A stretch of 64,000 bases of DNA from NCBI GenBank assembly GCA_963767115.1, contig CAVYCR010000007.1, positions 21,863-85,862 of the forward strand, read 5' to 3'. Below are positions 10,401 through 17,566 of this stretch, one piece after another. Source of the stretch: Candidatus Kaiserbacteria bacterium (GTDB lineage Bacteria; Patescibacteriota; Minisyncoccia; Phycocordibacterales; UBA2100). The notes beneath the pieces were generated by a model that saw only the letters and a program-made list of their open reading frames with translations, had not been told where the DNA came from and did no database searches. Numbering within the stretch: the first letter of the stretch is position 1; the number at the start of each line of letters is the position of its first letter. The position numbers and the translations under genes are program-made.

Positions 10401-13400
10401 TTGCCACTTCCTCCGCGAGCTCATTCAACGGCCTCACTATCAGCCACACGATCACGAACACCGGTGGTACCTTTACCTTCAACGCACCAACCATCACGGG
10501 CACACTCGGTAACGCTGGTCTTACCAACTCTACGATCAGTGGTGTTGCACTCGGCGGCAATCTCAGTAACGTCACTTTCAATAACGCCGGCAGCGGCGCA
10601 TCTTCTGGCTCCGCTTACAACGGCGGCAGTGCACTCACTGTTTCCTATAACACGATTGGTGCTCAGGCTGCCGGCACCTATCTCACGGGGTTGGGTAACT
10701 ACGCCACCACCACGGGCTTGGCGATCTCCATCTCTACTTCCACGGCCTCCTTCAATGGTCTTACTCTCGGTAATACTTTTGCTGTCTCCTCGAGCAATAT
10801 TCAGGTCACACCGACACTTTCAGGCACACTCTCCGCTTCCGGCGGCGGTACTGGGCTTACGAACCCATCTGCTGCAGGCATCCTTCTCGGCTCATACGCA
10901 GGCGGCAGCTACCAGCAACTATCGACTTCTTCGCTCGGCTTGGTCACCTCTGTCGCCGCTTCCGGCGGCACAACCGGGCTGACGTTCTCAGGATCTCCAA
11001 TCACTACCAATGGTACCTTTACGCTCGGCGGTATGTTGGGTATCGGCAACGGCGGTACCGGGGCGAGCTCCTACGCTACCGGTCAGCTTCTCGCGTACAA
11101 CGGCACGAGCTTCGTCTCCACCTCGACGATCGGCAACAATCAGCTTCAGAATGCTTCCGTCACGATCAACGGCAGCAACGTCGCGCTCGGCGCTTCTGTC
11201 ACTATCACGAGTGCTTCCTCTACGCTCCTCACCAACAGCAACACTTTCTCAGGTAACAACATTTTCTCCGCTTCCACCACCTTCTCCAGCCTCATCAATA
11301 TCAACCAAGCATCTACTTCTCTCGAGACCGATACGACGCTCTATCTCCCGACGATCCAAAACGCAATTCTCTCCACCAACTCCTCGGGTCAAGTAGTCGC
11401 TACTACTTCCATCGGCACCAACCTCCTCACGGGCAACCTCGCCACGGTCAACGGCACCGCGATCGCAAACGGTGGTACGTACACGATCACCGCTGCTTCC
11501 TCCACAGTACTCTCCGATAACGATACCTTCTCAGGCACCGATGTTTTCACGAAAGCACTTAACCTCTCCAGCACCACGGGCACCACTACGATTGCGTCAG
11601 GTCAGGGCTTCACGATCGGGACCAATCAGTTTGTGCTGCAGCAGGGAAGCGGAAAAGTCGGCATTGGCACCTCGACACCTTCTAGCGCACTTTCTGTAAA
11701 CGGCGGCGGATATTTCACGAGTACGCTGAGCGCTGCCACGACGACCATCAGCGGCAACCTTACGGTTACGACCAATGCGCTTACGCTCGAGGCACTCGGC
11801 CGCCCGCAAGCGACAAACGACACCGGTGCGTACGAGGTCTTCTATGGCGGCACGGGCGCCACAAACCCGATGGGATACCTCGGTTTCACCAAAGCGGGGA
11901 CTGGCGGTTCCACTTTCTTCTCCTCAGGCGAGCTCTCAGGTGCGATGGCACTCCTCTCAGAAGGACCGTTCCAACTCGGCACCGACGGTAATGCTTCACC
12001 GGCATTGACCGTCGACAACAGTGGCAATGTCGGGATCGGCCTCAACAACCCGGGCTACACACTCGACGTCTCGGGCACCGGCCATGTCTCCTCCACCCTC
12101 ACCGTCGGCAACCTCATCAACAACGGCGTCACCGCAAGCACGCTCCTCTACGCAAACGGTAGCAAGCAAGAATCATCCGCTACCGTCTCAAACCCTCTCT
12201 CATTCTCCGCTGGCACACTCTCCATCCAGCAAGCAAATGCTTCACAAAATGGCTATCTCGGATCGACGGACTGGACCTCCTTCAACAACAAAATCTCAAG
12301 TACGTCGCTTTCTGCGACCTATCCGCTCGCGTACAACAGCAGTACAGGAATCTTCTCGCTCGGCTTCGGCACCACTACCAGCAACACGTGGGCAGGCACA
12401 CAAACCTTCACCAATACTTCTGCAACCAACGCCACAACAACGAACCTCGCTATCATTGGTATCACCAACGCCATTCTATCCACCAACGGTTCGGGTTCCG
12501 TCGTCGCGACGACTTCAATCGGCACCAACCTCCTCACTGGTAATCTCGCCACAGTCAACGGCACCACAATCGCAAACGGCGGCACCTACACGATCACCGC
12601 TGCTTCCTCAACGCTCCTTGCCAACAACAACACGTTCTCGGGCACCAACACCTTCACCAACACCCTCAACCTCGCCCCGTCATCCGGTAACCTCACTATC
12701 CTTTACGGCGGACAGCCCTTCATCACCTCAACTTCAAGCCTTGGGAACGCAAATACGGGCGTCGGGTATGATGCGCTCCAATATGCGACCTCAACGAGCG
12801 CCAATAACAACACCGCCTTCGGTTACGGTGCACTCACCGGTCAAAACTTCGTCGGTCTCACCGGCAACAACAACAACGCCTTCGGCACGCTCGCTCTTAC
12901 GAGCAATACTACCGGCGGCGCCAACATCGCGTTCGGTAACGGCGCACTGCAGAGCAACACCACCGGCTCTCAGAACATTGCCATCGGCGTGACGGCGATG
13001 AACCTAAACACGACCGGATCCAGCAACCTCGCTCTCGGTGGCTTGCGCCTTACACAGACTGGCTCTTACAACACCGCCCTCGGCGAAGGCTCCCTCAATT
13101 ACGCGACAAGCACCTACGACAACCTCGGCGTTGGCTACAACGCGTTAAGCGCATCGAGCTCAGGCGTCCAGATCACAGGCCAGCAAAACATCGGCCTTGG
13201 CGACAATACGCTCTACAACTTCACGACCGGCTCCGGCAACCTCGCACTTGGCTACAACGCCGGCTACAACTTGACAACTGGCTCCAACAACCTCTTCCTC
13301 GGCTCATCCTTCACAACCAGCAATGAAAACGTCACCACCGGCAGCAACAACATCAAGATCGGCTACAATATCTCGCTTCCGTCCGCTACCCTCAACAACC

Positions 13401-16400
13401 AGCTCGACATCGGCAACCTCATCTACGGCACTGGTATCAATGGCAGCGGCACGGGGGTCTCGACTGGTAATATCGGGATTGGTACTACAACCCCCGGCTC
13501 GCTTCTCTCGCTCAACAATATCGCCAACTTCACCGCAGCTACCTCCACCTTCTATTCGACCGGTGGCATCAACCTCGCCGGCGGCTGCTTCGCGATCAAC
13601 GGATCGTGCCTCAACACGAGTGGCGCTTCCTCAACGCTCCTTGCCAACAACAACACGTTTAGCGGTACCAATTCATTCACGGGCAACACCACCTTCACCA
13701 ACGCAACCAGCACCAACTCCTTCTCCACCATCGCGTCATCAACCAACCTCTTCTCGCAGACTGCGTCTCTCGGCTCACTCACGCTCGGTGCTGGTACGAC
13801 AACTGCAGGCAACGGCGTCAACCTCACGAGCGGATGCTTCGCAATCGGCGGCACCTGCCTCGCCACAGCCTCATCACTCCTTTCCTCTGCTAACACGTGG
13901 ACGGGACTCCAGACCTTCAATGCCGGTTACATCGACAACGCTTCTTCTACACACACTGCACAGACCAACTTCACCAACGCATCCTCAACACTCTTCACTG
14001 CAACCACCGGATTCTTCACCACTGCATCAACAACGAATCTGACGCTGGGTACTCCCAATGCGCTGCTCTCAACAAACGCTACGGGTCAGGTCACTGCCAC
14101 CACGTCAATCGGCACCAACTACCTCACCGGTTCTCTCGGCACGATCAACGGCACTGCCTTCACTGCGGGGTCGTCGATCACTGTTGGCTCAGCATCAACG
14201 ACGCTTCTTTCTGACAACAACACCTTCTCAGGCTCCAACTTATTCACTTCACTTCTTAACCTCACCAACGGCTTCGTCTCGACTGCTTCTTCAACGATTG
14301 GCAATGGAACAGCCGCTGGCGGACTCACGATCAGCGGCAACGCCACGACGACAGGCAACTCATACTTCTCAGGAAGCGGTAAGTTTGGCAACACCCTTGC
14401 GCTTGGCACAGTACTCTCCTGTACAGGGAGCCAAGCACTCCAGACCGACGGCTCAGGCAACATTTCCTGCGGTGCGATTGCTATCGGAGGCGCTTCAAGC
14501 GGCGGCGGTTGGAACACCAACAACATCGGACGCGTTAGCCTTTCCACCTCCACTGACCTCGTAGCAATCGGTGCCACGACCACTCCTTACGCCAAACTGG
14601 CCATACTCTCTGGCTCCAGTGCAACCACCACCCTCGCACTCGTTCCTGCAACCGGTCAGACTGCAAACATCCTCGACATCTACAACACCAGCGGTGCACT
14701 CTCCTCTGTCTTTACTGCAGGTGGTTCACTTGGCATTGGCACCACCTCACCATCAGCTACGCTTGCGGTCAATGGTTCAGGATATTTCACCGGTGCACTG
14801 ACCGCGCTTGGCAACACGACACTCACGAATGCCACTACCACCAGCCTCGCTATCACCGGTATCACCAACGCACTCCTCTCCACCAATGCAAACGGCACGG
14901 TCATCGCCACCACCTCGATCGGCACCAACCTCCTCACCGGAACCCTGGGTATTGGTAACGGTGGCACTGGCTCCACTACACTCTCCGGTATCTTGGTCGG
15001 CAACGGTACCAGCCCCGTACAGACACTCACATTCTCCGGCCCGCTCTCATTCGCAGGCAACACACTTTCAATCTCGCAAGTCAATGGCTCTACGAACGGC
15101 TTCTTAGCAAGCGGGGACTGGACCACCTTCAACAACAAGATCTCCTCCACATCACTGAGCGCTTCATATCCACTCGCATACAATTCATCAACCGGCAATT
15201 TCTCACTCGGATTCGGTACGACAACAACCAATACCTTCTCAAATCTCCAGACCTTCAACGGTGGGGCTTCAACTACGAACTTCACCGCGTCAGGAGAAGG
15301 ATTTTTCGGCACTGCAAGCACCACGAATCTCACCGTCTCATCCGCTCCTTCAGGTTTCTTGCAGACTAATGCTTCAGGCGTTGTCTCTGCGACCTCCACC
15401 TTCAACATCGCCAATACCTTCGGCATTCTGCCGATTGCTAACGGTGGATCTAATGCCTCTTCCTACACGACAGGAACCCTCCTCTCCTACAACGGCACCT
15501 CATTCGTCTCTACCAGTACGATCGGCAACAACCAGCTTCAGAACTCCACTATCAGCGGTGTCGCGCTCGGAGGATCGCTTGCAACTCTCGCCGCCGGGAA
15601 TAACACCATCACCTTCAATGGAAGTTACAACGGCTCGACGGCGAGGTTGATCAATCTCAATCTGGGTAATGCCAACGCCTGGACAGCACTCCAGACATTC
15701 GCCAATGCATCCAGCTCCCAGTTCACCGCGTCGTCCTCCGTCTACTTCACCAGTCTCACGAATTCATTACTCTCGACAAATGCAAATGGTCAAGTTATCG
15801 CGACGACCAGTATCGGCACGAATCTTTTGACGGGCACCCTCGGTACTATCAACGGTACTGGCCTCACTGCCGGCGGATCAATCACGATCACCGCCGCTTC
15901 TTCCACACTCCTCTCTGACAACGATACTTTCTCTGGCACTGACTCCTTCACGAACACCCTCACCGTCGGCAACCTCATCAACAACGGCGTCACTGCAAGC
16001 ACGCTCCTCTACGCCAACGGCTCCAAGCAAGAATCATCCGTCACTGTTTCTAGCCCACTCTCATTCTCTGCTGGTACTCTCTCTATCCAACAAGCAAATG
16101 GGAGTCAATCTGGCTTCTTAGCAAGCGGGGACTGGACCACCTTCAACAACAAGATCTCCTCCACATCACTGAGTGCCACGTATCCGCTTGCATACAACTC
16201 AAGCACGGGAGTCTTCTCACTCGGCTTCGGTACTACAACCAACAACACCTTCTCAGGAACCAACACCTTCAATGGACAGACTACTCTCGGTAATGCCTCG
16301 ACAAGCCAGCTTACAAACTCTGGCAACACCTATCTCACCTCGCTTACCAACAGTCTTCTCTCCACGAATGCAAACGGACAGGTCGTTGCGACAACAACAC

Positions 16401-17566
16401 TTGGGACTAATTATCTCAGCGGCGTCCTCGGCACTATCAACGGCACATCGTTCAGTGTTGGTTCATCGATCACTGTCGGCTCAGCTTCCACTACACTCCT
16501 CTCCGACAACAATACCTTCTCCGGCAAAAACACTTTCGGTGCTGCAACGTCATCGAGCTTTGCTATTACGGGGCTTGCAAACTCCTTGCTCTCAGTCAAC
16601 GCAAACGGTTCGATCATCGCAACCACCTCAATCGGCACCAACCTCCTCACCGGCACTCTGGGCATTGGTAACGGTGGCACTGGTTCCACCACACTCTCCG
16701 GTATCTTGGTAGGTAACGGTACCAGCCCCGTACAATCACTTACATTCTCTGGCCCACTCTCATTCGCAGGCAACACCTTAACCCTCGCACAAGCGAACGG
16801 ATCGACGAATGGCTTCTTAGCAAGCGGGGATTGGACCACCTTCAACAACAAGATCTCCTCCACATCACTGAGCGCTTCATATCCACTCGCATACAACTCA
16901 AGCACGGGAGTCTTCTCACTTGGCTTCGGCACGACAACAGCCAACACCTACTCGGCACTCCAAGTATTTAACGCCGGTGCTTCTACTTCAGCCTTGACCC
17001 TTGGCACCGGTGCCGGATTCCTCCAAACCAACGCTGCAGGTGTTGTCTCTGCCACCAGCTCTATCCCACTCTCTAGCACCTTTGGCACCCTCGCAATTAA
17101 CCAAGGCGGCACCAACGCCACCAGCTACACCTCCGGTCAGCTCCTCTCCTACAACGGAACGAGCTTCGTCTCCACCTCGACGATCGGCAACAACCAGCTT
17201 CAGAACTCTACGATCTCCGGCATCGCACTCGGAGGTAACCTCGCCAACCTCACTGCAGGCTCCGGTCTCTCAGGTACCTCCTACAACGGTGGTACTGCAC
17301 AAAGCTTCAGCCTCAATCTTGCCAACGCCAACTCCTGGACGGGACTCCAGTCATTCACCAACGCATCAAACACACTCACGACACTCGGCACCACCTGGTT
17401 CTCAGGAATCAACAGCGCCATCCTCTCCACCAATGCGAACAGGACAAGTCGTCGCCTCGACTTCCATCGGATCCAACTACCTCACCGGCGTCCTCGGCAC
17501 GATCAACGGCGTCTCGCTCTCGCGCGGCTCCTCCATCACCGTCGCCTCCACCACGCTGCTTGGTGA
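4475..17566 (+). CDS. Giant cell-surface repeat protein, upstream ORF (the meaningful frame ends at 17440)
   Basis: The ORF runs 4367(GTG)-17566. The first ATG (4475) gives MNDKINSDEDSYVSANEAASSSGFTRDYITRLSRQGKINAKRIEKSWYVDKRSLQEF (HTH-like). This is followed by TM LLATSVFFVALGLFGVATAY, an S/T/A/P-rich spacer, poly-Gly runs and dozens of tail-fibre-like repeat units. 17441-17566 is out-of-frame read-through caused by one extra A. The start codon is uncertain (no SD sequence; 4367 GTG or 4475 ATG). Confidence 0.9.
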   Translation: MNDKINSDEDSYVSANEAASSSGFTRDYITRLSRQGKINAKRIEKSWYVDKRSLQEFVENQEAQKEIRRRQLIDNSRKQKDLVKVPVALPKKKLLATSVFFVALGLFGVATAYPAMEIAMGNFGTKIASDSSDSSYGKSVIKPQFVTAGNGLSLSALRTQEVAATAASTGGTTIFQKLALGLTSFFQELFNPNSGSVSIQVATSKSSAANVNATSNVTPSAQNLAALTGTNSNANTSANINVSEPSSISSSLPAPHSVSSNFIGASTPTTVATPVTTVRAPVTGTRPPTVINNIYNTYTYASSSPTTSSVASLDAVTEGELESKLNALSDSLHFQSYPSSAPSSGGAANDIALSQNIDQLTGTTLTNVRLNGVSGLQASDIPDLSGDYLALSGGTLTGALNVASATATSTFADGVDLTGGCFSINGVCITGGGGGGGSNPGGASGTIQYNNNGTLAGISNFTYSTTTGSVGIGTTTITSLTLGSALGVGYGGTGTTTIPTYGELLVGNTQGGYDLVSTSSLGIVGGGGGGGGPATWGSITGTLSNQTDLQNALNAKLSLTDWYATTTDGLKEGTDNLYFTSTRAQNAISVSGTPLTYSGGVIGINQANASQAGFLSAVDWNTFNSKLSSTSLSGGTGINYNSATGVFTSTGVTSLAAAYPLLTTGSGALTLSLGFGTTTSNTWSQLQMFNGGASTTNISVSGIGYFGTASTTNLTISSLGNALLSTNGNGSVIATTSIGTNLLTGSLGTINGTAFNAGSSITVGSASTTLLANNNTFSGTDTFNNTITGSISGNAGTVTNGVYTTTFNGLFDPRFITDLAATSSIGSITTLPNLSLPYSQITGAPTSFASSTLLGDNNTFSGKTTLTNATSSSFAITNLANSLLSVNASGSIIATTSIGTNLLTGTLGIGNGGTGSTTLSGILVGNGTSPINTLTIGSGLTLLGTTLSTSGSGITALGPIGQTQAGGTQTLATTSASFDGLTAGITIVGSSNTQTFTPTLSGTLGIAGGGTGQSSFGYGLVLGNGTNPLTNIATSSLGLLTTNVAEGSNLYFTNARAQSAISVSGTPLTYSSGVIGINQANASQSGFLASSDWTSFNNKISSTSLSATYPLAYNSSTGIFSLGFGTTTSNTWAGTQTFTNTSATNATTTNLAIIGITNAILSTNGSGSVVATTSIGTNLLTGSLGTINGTAFNAGSSITVGSASTTLLTNNNTFSGSDIFSQPLSLSSTNGTTTIASGQGFTVGSSQFVLQQGSGNVGVGTTSPFAKFSVAGNAFVSGSLTTASVQVSGVLTLPNILSCVGGQALQTDGSGNVSCGSINVSGASSGGGWTTNNTGRVSLATTTDLAVVGASTTPYAKFTVLSGSNSTTTLALIPTSGQTANIIDIYNTSGTLGSVFSAAGSLGIGTTSPGSILSVANVANFSTGTSTLYSGLNITSGCFSVNGICVGSSSASTTLLANNNTFSGTDTFNNTITGSISGNAGTVTNGVYTTTFNGLFDPRFITDLAATSSIGSITTLPNLSLPYSQITGAPTSFASSTLLGDNNTFSGKTTLTNATSSSFAITNLANSLLSVNASGSIIATTSIGTNLLTGTLGIGNGGTNATSYTSGQLLSYNGTSFVSTSTIGNNQLQNSTISGIALGSSLANLSATNGSLTFSASYNGGSAQTIGLNLANANSWTGLQSFTNASNTLTTLGTTWFSGINNAILSTNANGQVVATTSIGTNLLTGNLATVNGTTIANGGTYTITAASSTLLANSNTFSGSNSFTGNTTFGAATSSSFAITGLSSTLLKVNASGSIVPAIAGTDYAAAGSGVTSIAASYPLLTNGSTGAVTLSLGFGTTTANAWSQLQTFNGGASTTNFTASGEGFFTTASTTNLNLGTPNALLSTNANGSVVSTTVSGPLSFAGNTLSISQANGSTNGFLASGDWTTFNNKISSTSLSATYPLAYNSSTGVFSTSLATTTIQQTYGTSQIGAITFATSSASSFNGLTISHTITNTGGTFTFNAPTITGTLGNAGLTNSTISGVALGGNLSNVTFNNAGSGASSGSAYNGGSALTVSYNTIGAQAAGTYLTGLGNYATTTGLAISISTSTASFNGLTLGNTFAVSSSNIQVTPTLSGTLSASGGGTGLTNPSAAGILLGSYAGGSYQQLSTSSLGLVTSVAASGGTTGLTFSGSPITTNGTFTLGGMLGIGNGGTGASSYATGQLLAYNGTSFVSTSTIGNNQLQNASVTINGSNVALGASVTITSASSTLLTNSNTFSGNNIFSASTTFSSLININQASTSLETDTTLYLPTIQNAILSTNSSGQVVATTSIGTNLLTGNLATVNGTAIANGGTYTITAASSTVLSDNDTFSGTDVFTKALNLSSTTGTTTIASGQGFTIGTNQFVLQQGSGKVGIGTSTPSSALSVNGGGYFTSTLSAATTTISGNLTVTTNALTLEALGRPQATNDTGAYEVFYGGTGATNPMGYLGFTKAGTGGSTFFSSGELSGAMALLSEGPFQLGTDGNASPALTVDNSGNVGIGLNNPGYTLDVSGTGHVSSTLTVGNLINNGVTASTLLYANGSKQESSATVSNPLSFSAGTLSIQQANASQNGYLGSTDWTSFNNKISSTSLSATYPLAYNSSTGIFSLGFGTTTSNTWAGTQTFTNTSATNATTTNLAIIGITNAILSTNGSGSVVATTSIGTNLLTGNLATVNGTTIANGGTYTITAASSTLLANNNTFSGTNTFTNTLNLAPSSGNLTILYGGQPFITSTSSLGNANTGVGYDALQYATSTSANNNTAFGYGALTGQNFVGLTGNNNNAFGTLALTSNTTGGANIAFGNGALQSNTTGSQNIAIGVTAMNLNTTGSSNLALGGLRLTQTGSYNTALGEGSLNYATSTYDNLGVGYNALSASSSGVQITGQQNIGLGDNTLYNFTTGSGNLALGYNAGYNLTTGSNNLFLGSSFTTSNENVTTGSNNIKIGYNISLPSATLNNQLDIGNLIYGTGINGSGTGVSTGNIGIGTTTPGSLLSLNNIANFTAATSTFYSTGGINLAGGCFAINGSCLNTSGASSTLLANNNTFSGTNSFTGNTTFTNATSTNSFSTIASSTNLFSQTASLGSLTLGAGTTTAGNGVNLTSGCFAIGGTCLATASSLLSSANTWTGLQTFNAGYIDNASSTHTAQTNFTNASSTLFTATTGFFTTASTTNLTLGTPNALLSTNATGQVTATTSIGTNYLTGSLGTINGTAFTAGSSITVGSASTTLLSDNNTFSGSNLFTSLLNLTNGFVSTASSTIGNGTAAGGLTISGNATTTGNSYFSGSGKFGNTLALGTVLSCTGSQALQTDGSGNISCGAIAIGGASSGGGWNTNNIGRVSLSTSTDLVAIGATTTPYAKLAILSGSSATTTLALVPATGQTANILDIYNTSGALSSVFTAGGSLGIGTTSPSATLAVNGSGYFTGALTALGNTTLTNATTTSLAITGITNALLSTNANGTVIATTSIGTNLLTGTLGIGNGGTGSTTLSGILVGNGTSPVQTLTFSGPLSFAGNTLSISQVNGSTNGFLASGDWTTFNNKISSTSLSASYPLAYNSSTGNFSLGFGTTTTNTFSNLQTFNGGASTTNFTASGEGFFGTASTTNLTVSSAPSGFLQTNASGVVSATSTFNIANTFGILPIANGGSNASSYTTGTLLSYNGTSFVSTSTIGNNQLQNSTISGVALGGSLATLAAGNNTITFNGSYNGSTARLINLNLGNANAWTALQTFANASSSQFTASSSVYFTSLTNSLLSTNANGQVIATTSIGTNLLTGTLGTINGTGLTAGGSITITAASSTLLSDNDTFSGTDSFTNTLTVGNLINNGVTASTLLYANGSKQESSVTVSSPLSFSAGTLSIQQANGSQSGFLASGDWTTFNNKISSTSLSATYPLAYNSSTGVFSLGFGTTTNNTFSGTNTFNGQTTLGNASTSQLTNSGNTYLTSLTNSLLSTNANGQVVATTTLGTNYLSGVLGTINGTSFSVGSSITVGSASTTLLSDNNTFSGKNTFGAATSSSFAITGLANSLLSVNANGSIIATTSIGTNLLTGTLGIGNGGTGSTTLSGILVGNGTSPVQSLTFSGPLSFAGNTLTLAQANGSTNGFLASGDWTTFNNKISSTSLSASYPLAYNSSTGVFSLGFGTTTANTYSALQVFNAGASTSALTLGTGAGFLQTNAAGVVSATSSIPLSSTFGTLAINQGGTNATSYTSGQLLSYNGTSFVSTSTIGNNQLQNSTISGIALGGNLANLTAGSGLSGTSYNGGTAQSFSLNLANANSWTGLQSFTNASNTLTTLGTTWFSGINSAILSTNANRTSRRLDFHRIQLPHRRPRHDQRRLALARLLHHRRLHHAAW
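4505..4813 (+). other. N-terminal anchor module of the giant protein: HTH_17-like domain (4505-4648) plus a single TM helix (4754-4813)
   Basis: SYVSANEAASSSGFTRDYITRLSRQGKINAKRIEKSWYVDKRSLQEFV fits the excisionase-type pattern (S..EAA...G.s...i.rL.r.G.i.a.k.G..W.i....l.ef). It is followed by a K-rich stretch and LLATSVFFVALGLFGVATAY. No signal peptide is present. Confidence 0.65.
6788..7215 (+). repeat. 428-bp exact internal duplication, copy 1 (partner 8843-9270)
   Basis: Line-by-line comparison shows identity from gcgaacaacaacaccttctccggc to ggtattggtaacggtggcac, at an offset of 2055 bp. Both copies encode ANNNTFSGTDTFNNTITGSISGNAGTVTNGVYTTTFNGLFDPRFITDLAATSS...LLTGTLGIGNGGT. Confidence 0.85.
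7748..8016 (+). repeat. 269-bp exact internal duplication, copy 1 (partner 12269-12537)
   Basis: Identical nucleotides at an offset of 4521 bp. Both copies encode DWTSFNNKISSTSLSATYPLAYNSSTGIFSLGFGTTTSNTWAGTQTFTNTSATNATTTNLAIIGITNAILSTNGSGSVVATTSIGTNLL. Confidence 0.85.
8843..9270 (+). repeat. 428-bp exact internal duplication, copy 2 (partner 6788-7215)
   Basis: See copy 1. Divergence begins at 7216/9271 (g versus c). Confidence 0.85.
12269..12537 (+). repeat. 269-bp exact internal duplication, copy 2 (partner 7748-8016)
   Basis: See copy 1. Identity ends at 8016/12537 (next base c versus t). Confidence 0.85.

Noticed and set aside
17001-17441. TTG 17001 as an independent start for the distal half of the giant gene.
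   Set aside because: The 147 codons before 17442 in that frame are P/S/T-rich nonsense overlapping the correctly framed repeat units of the upstream ORF. There is no promoter, SD sequence, signal peptide or anchor.
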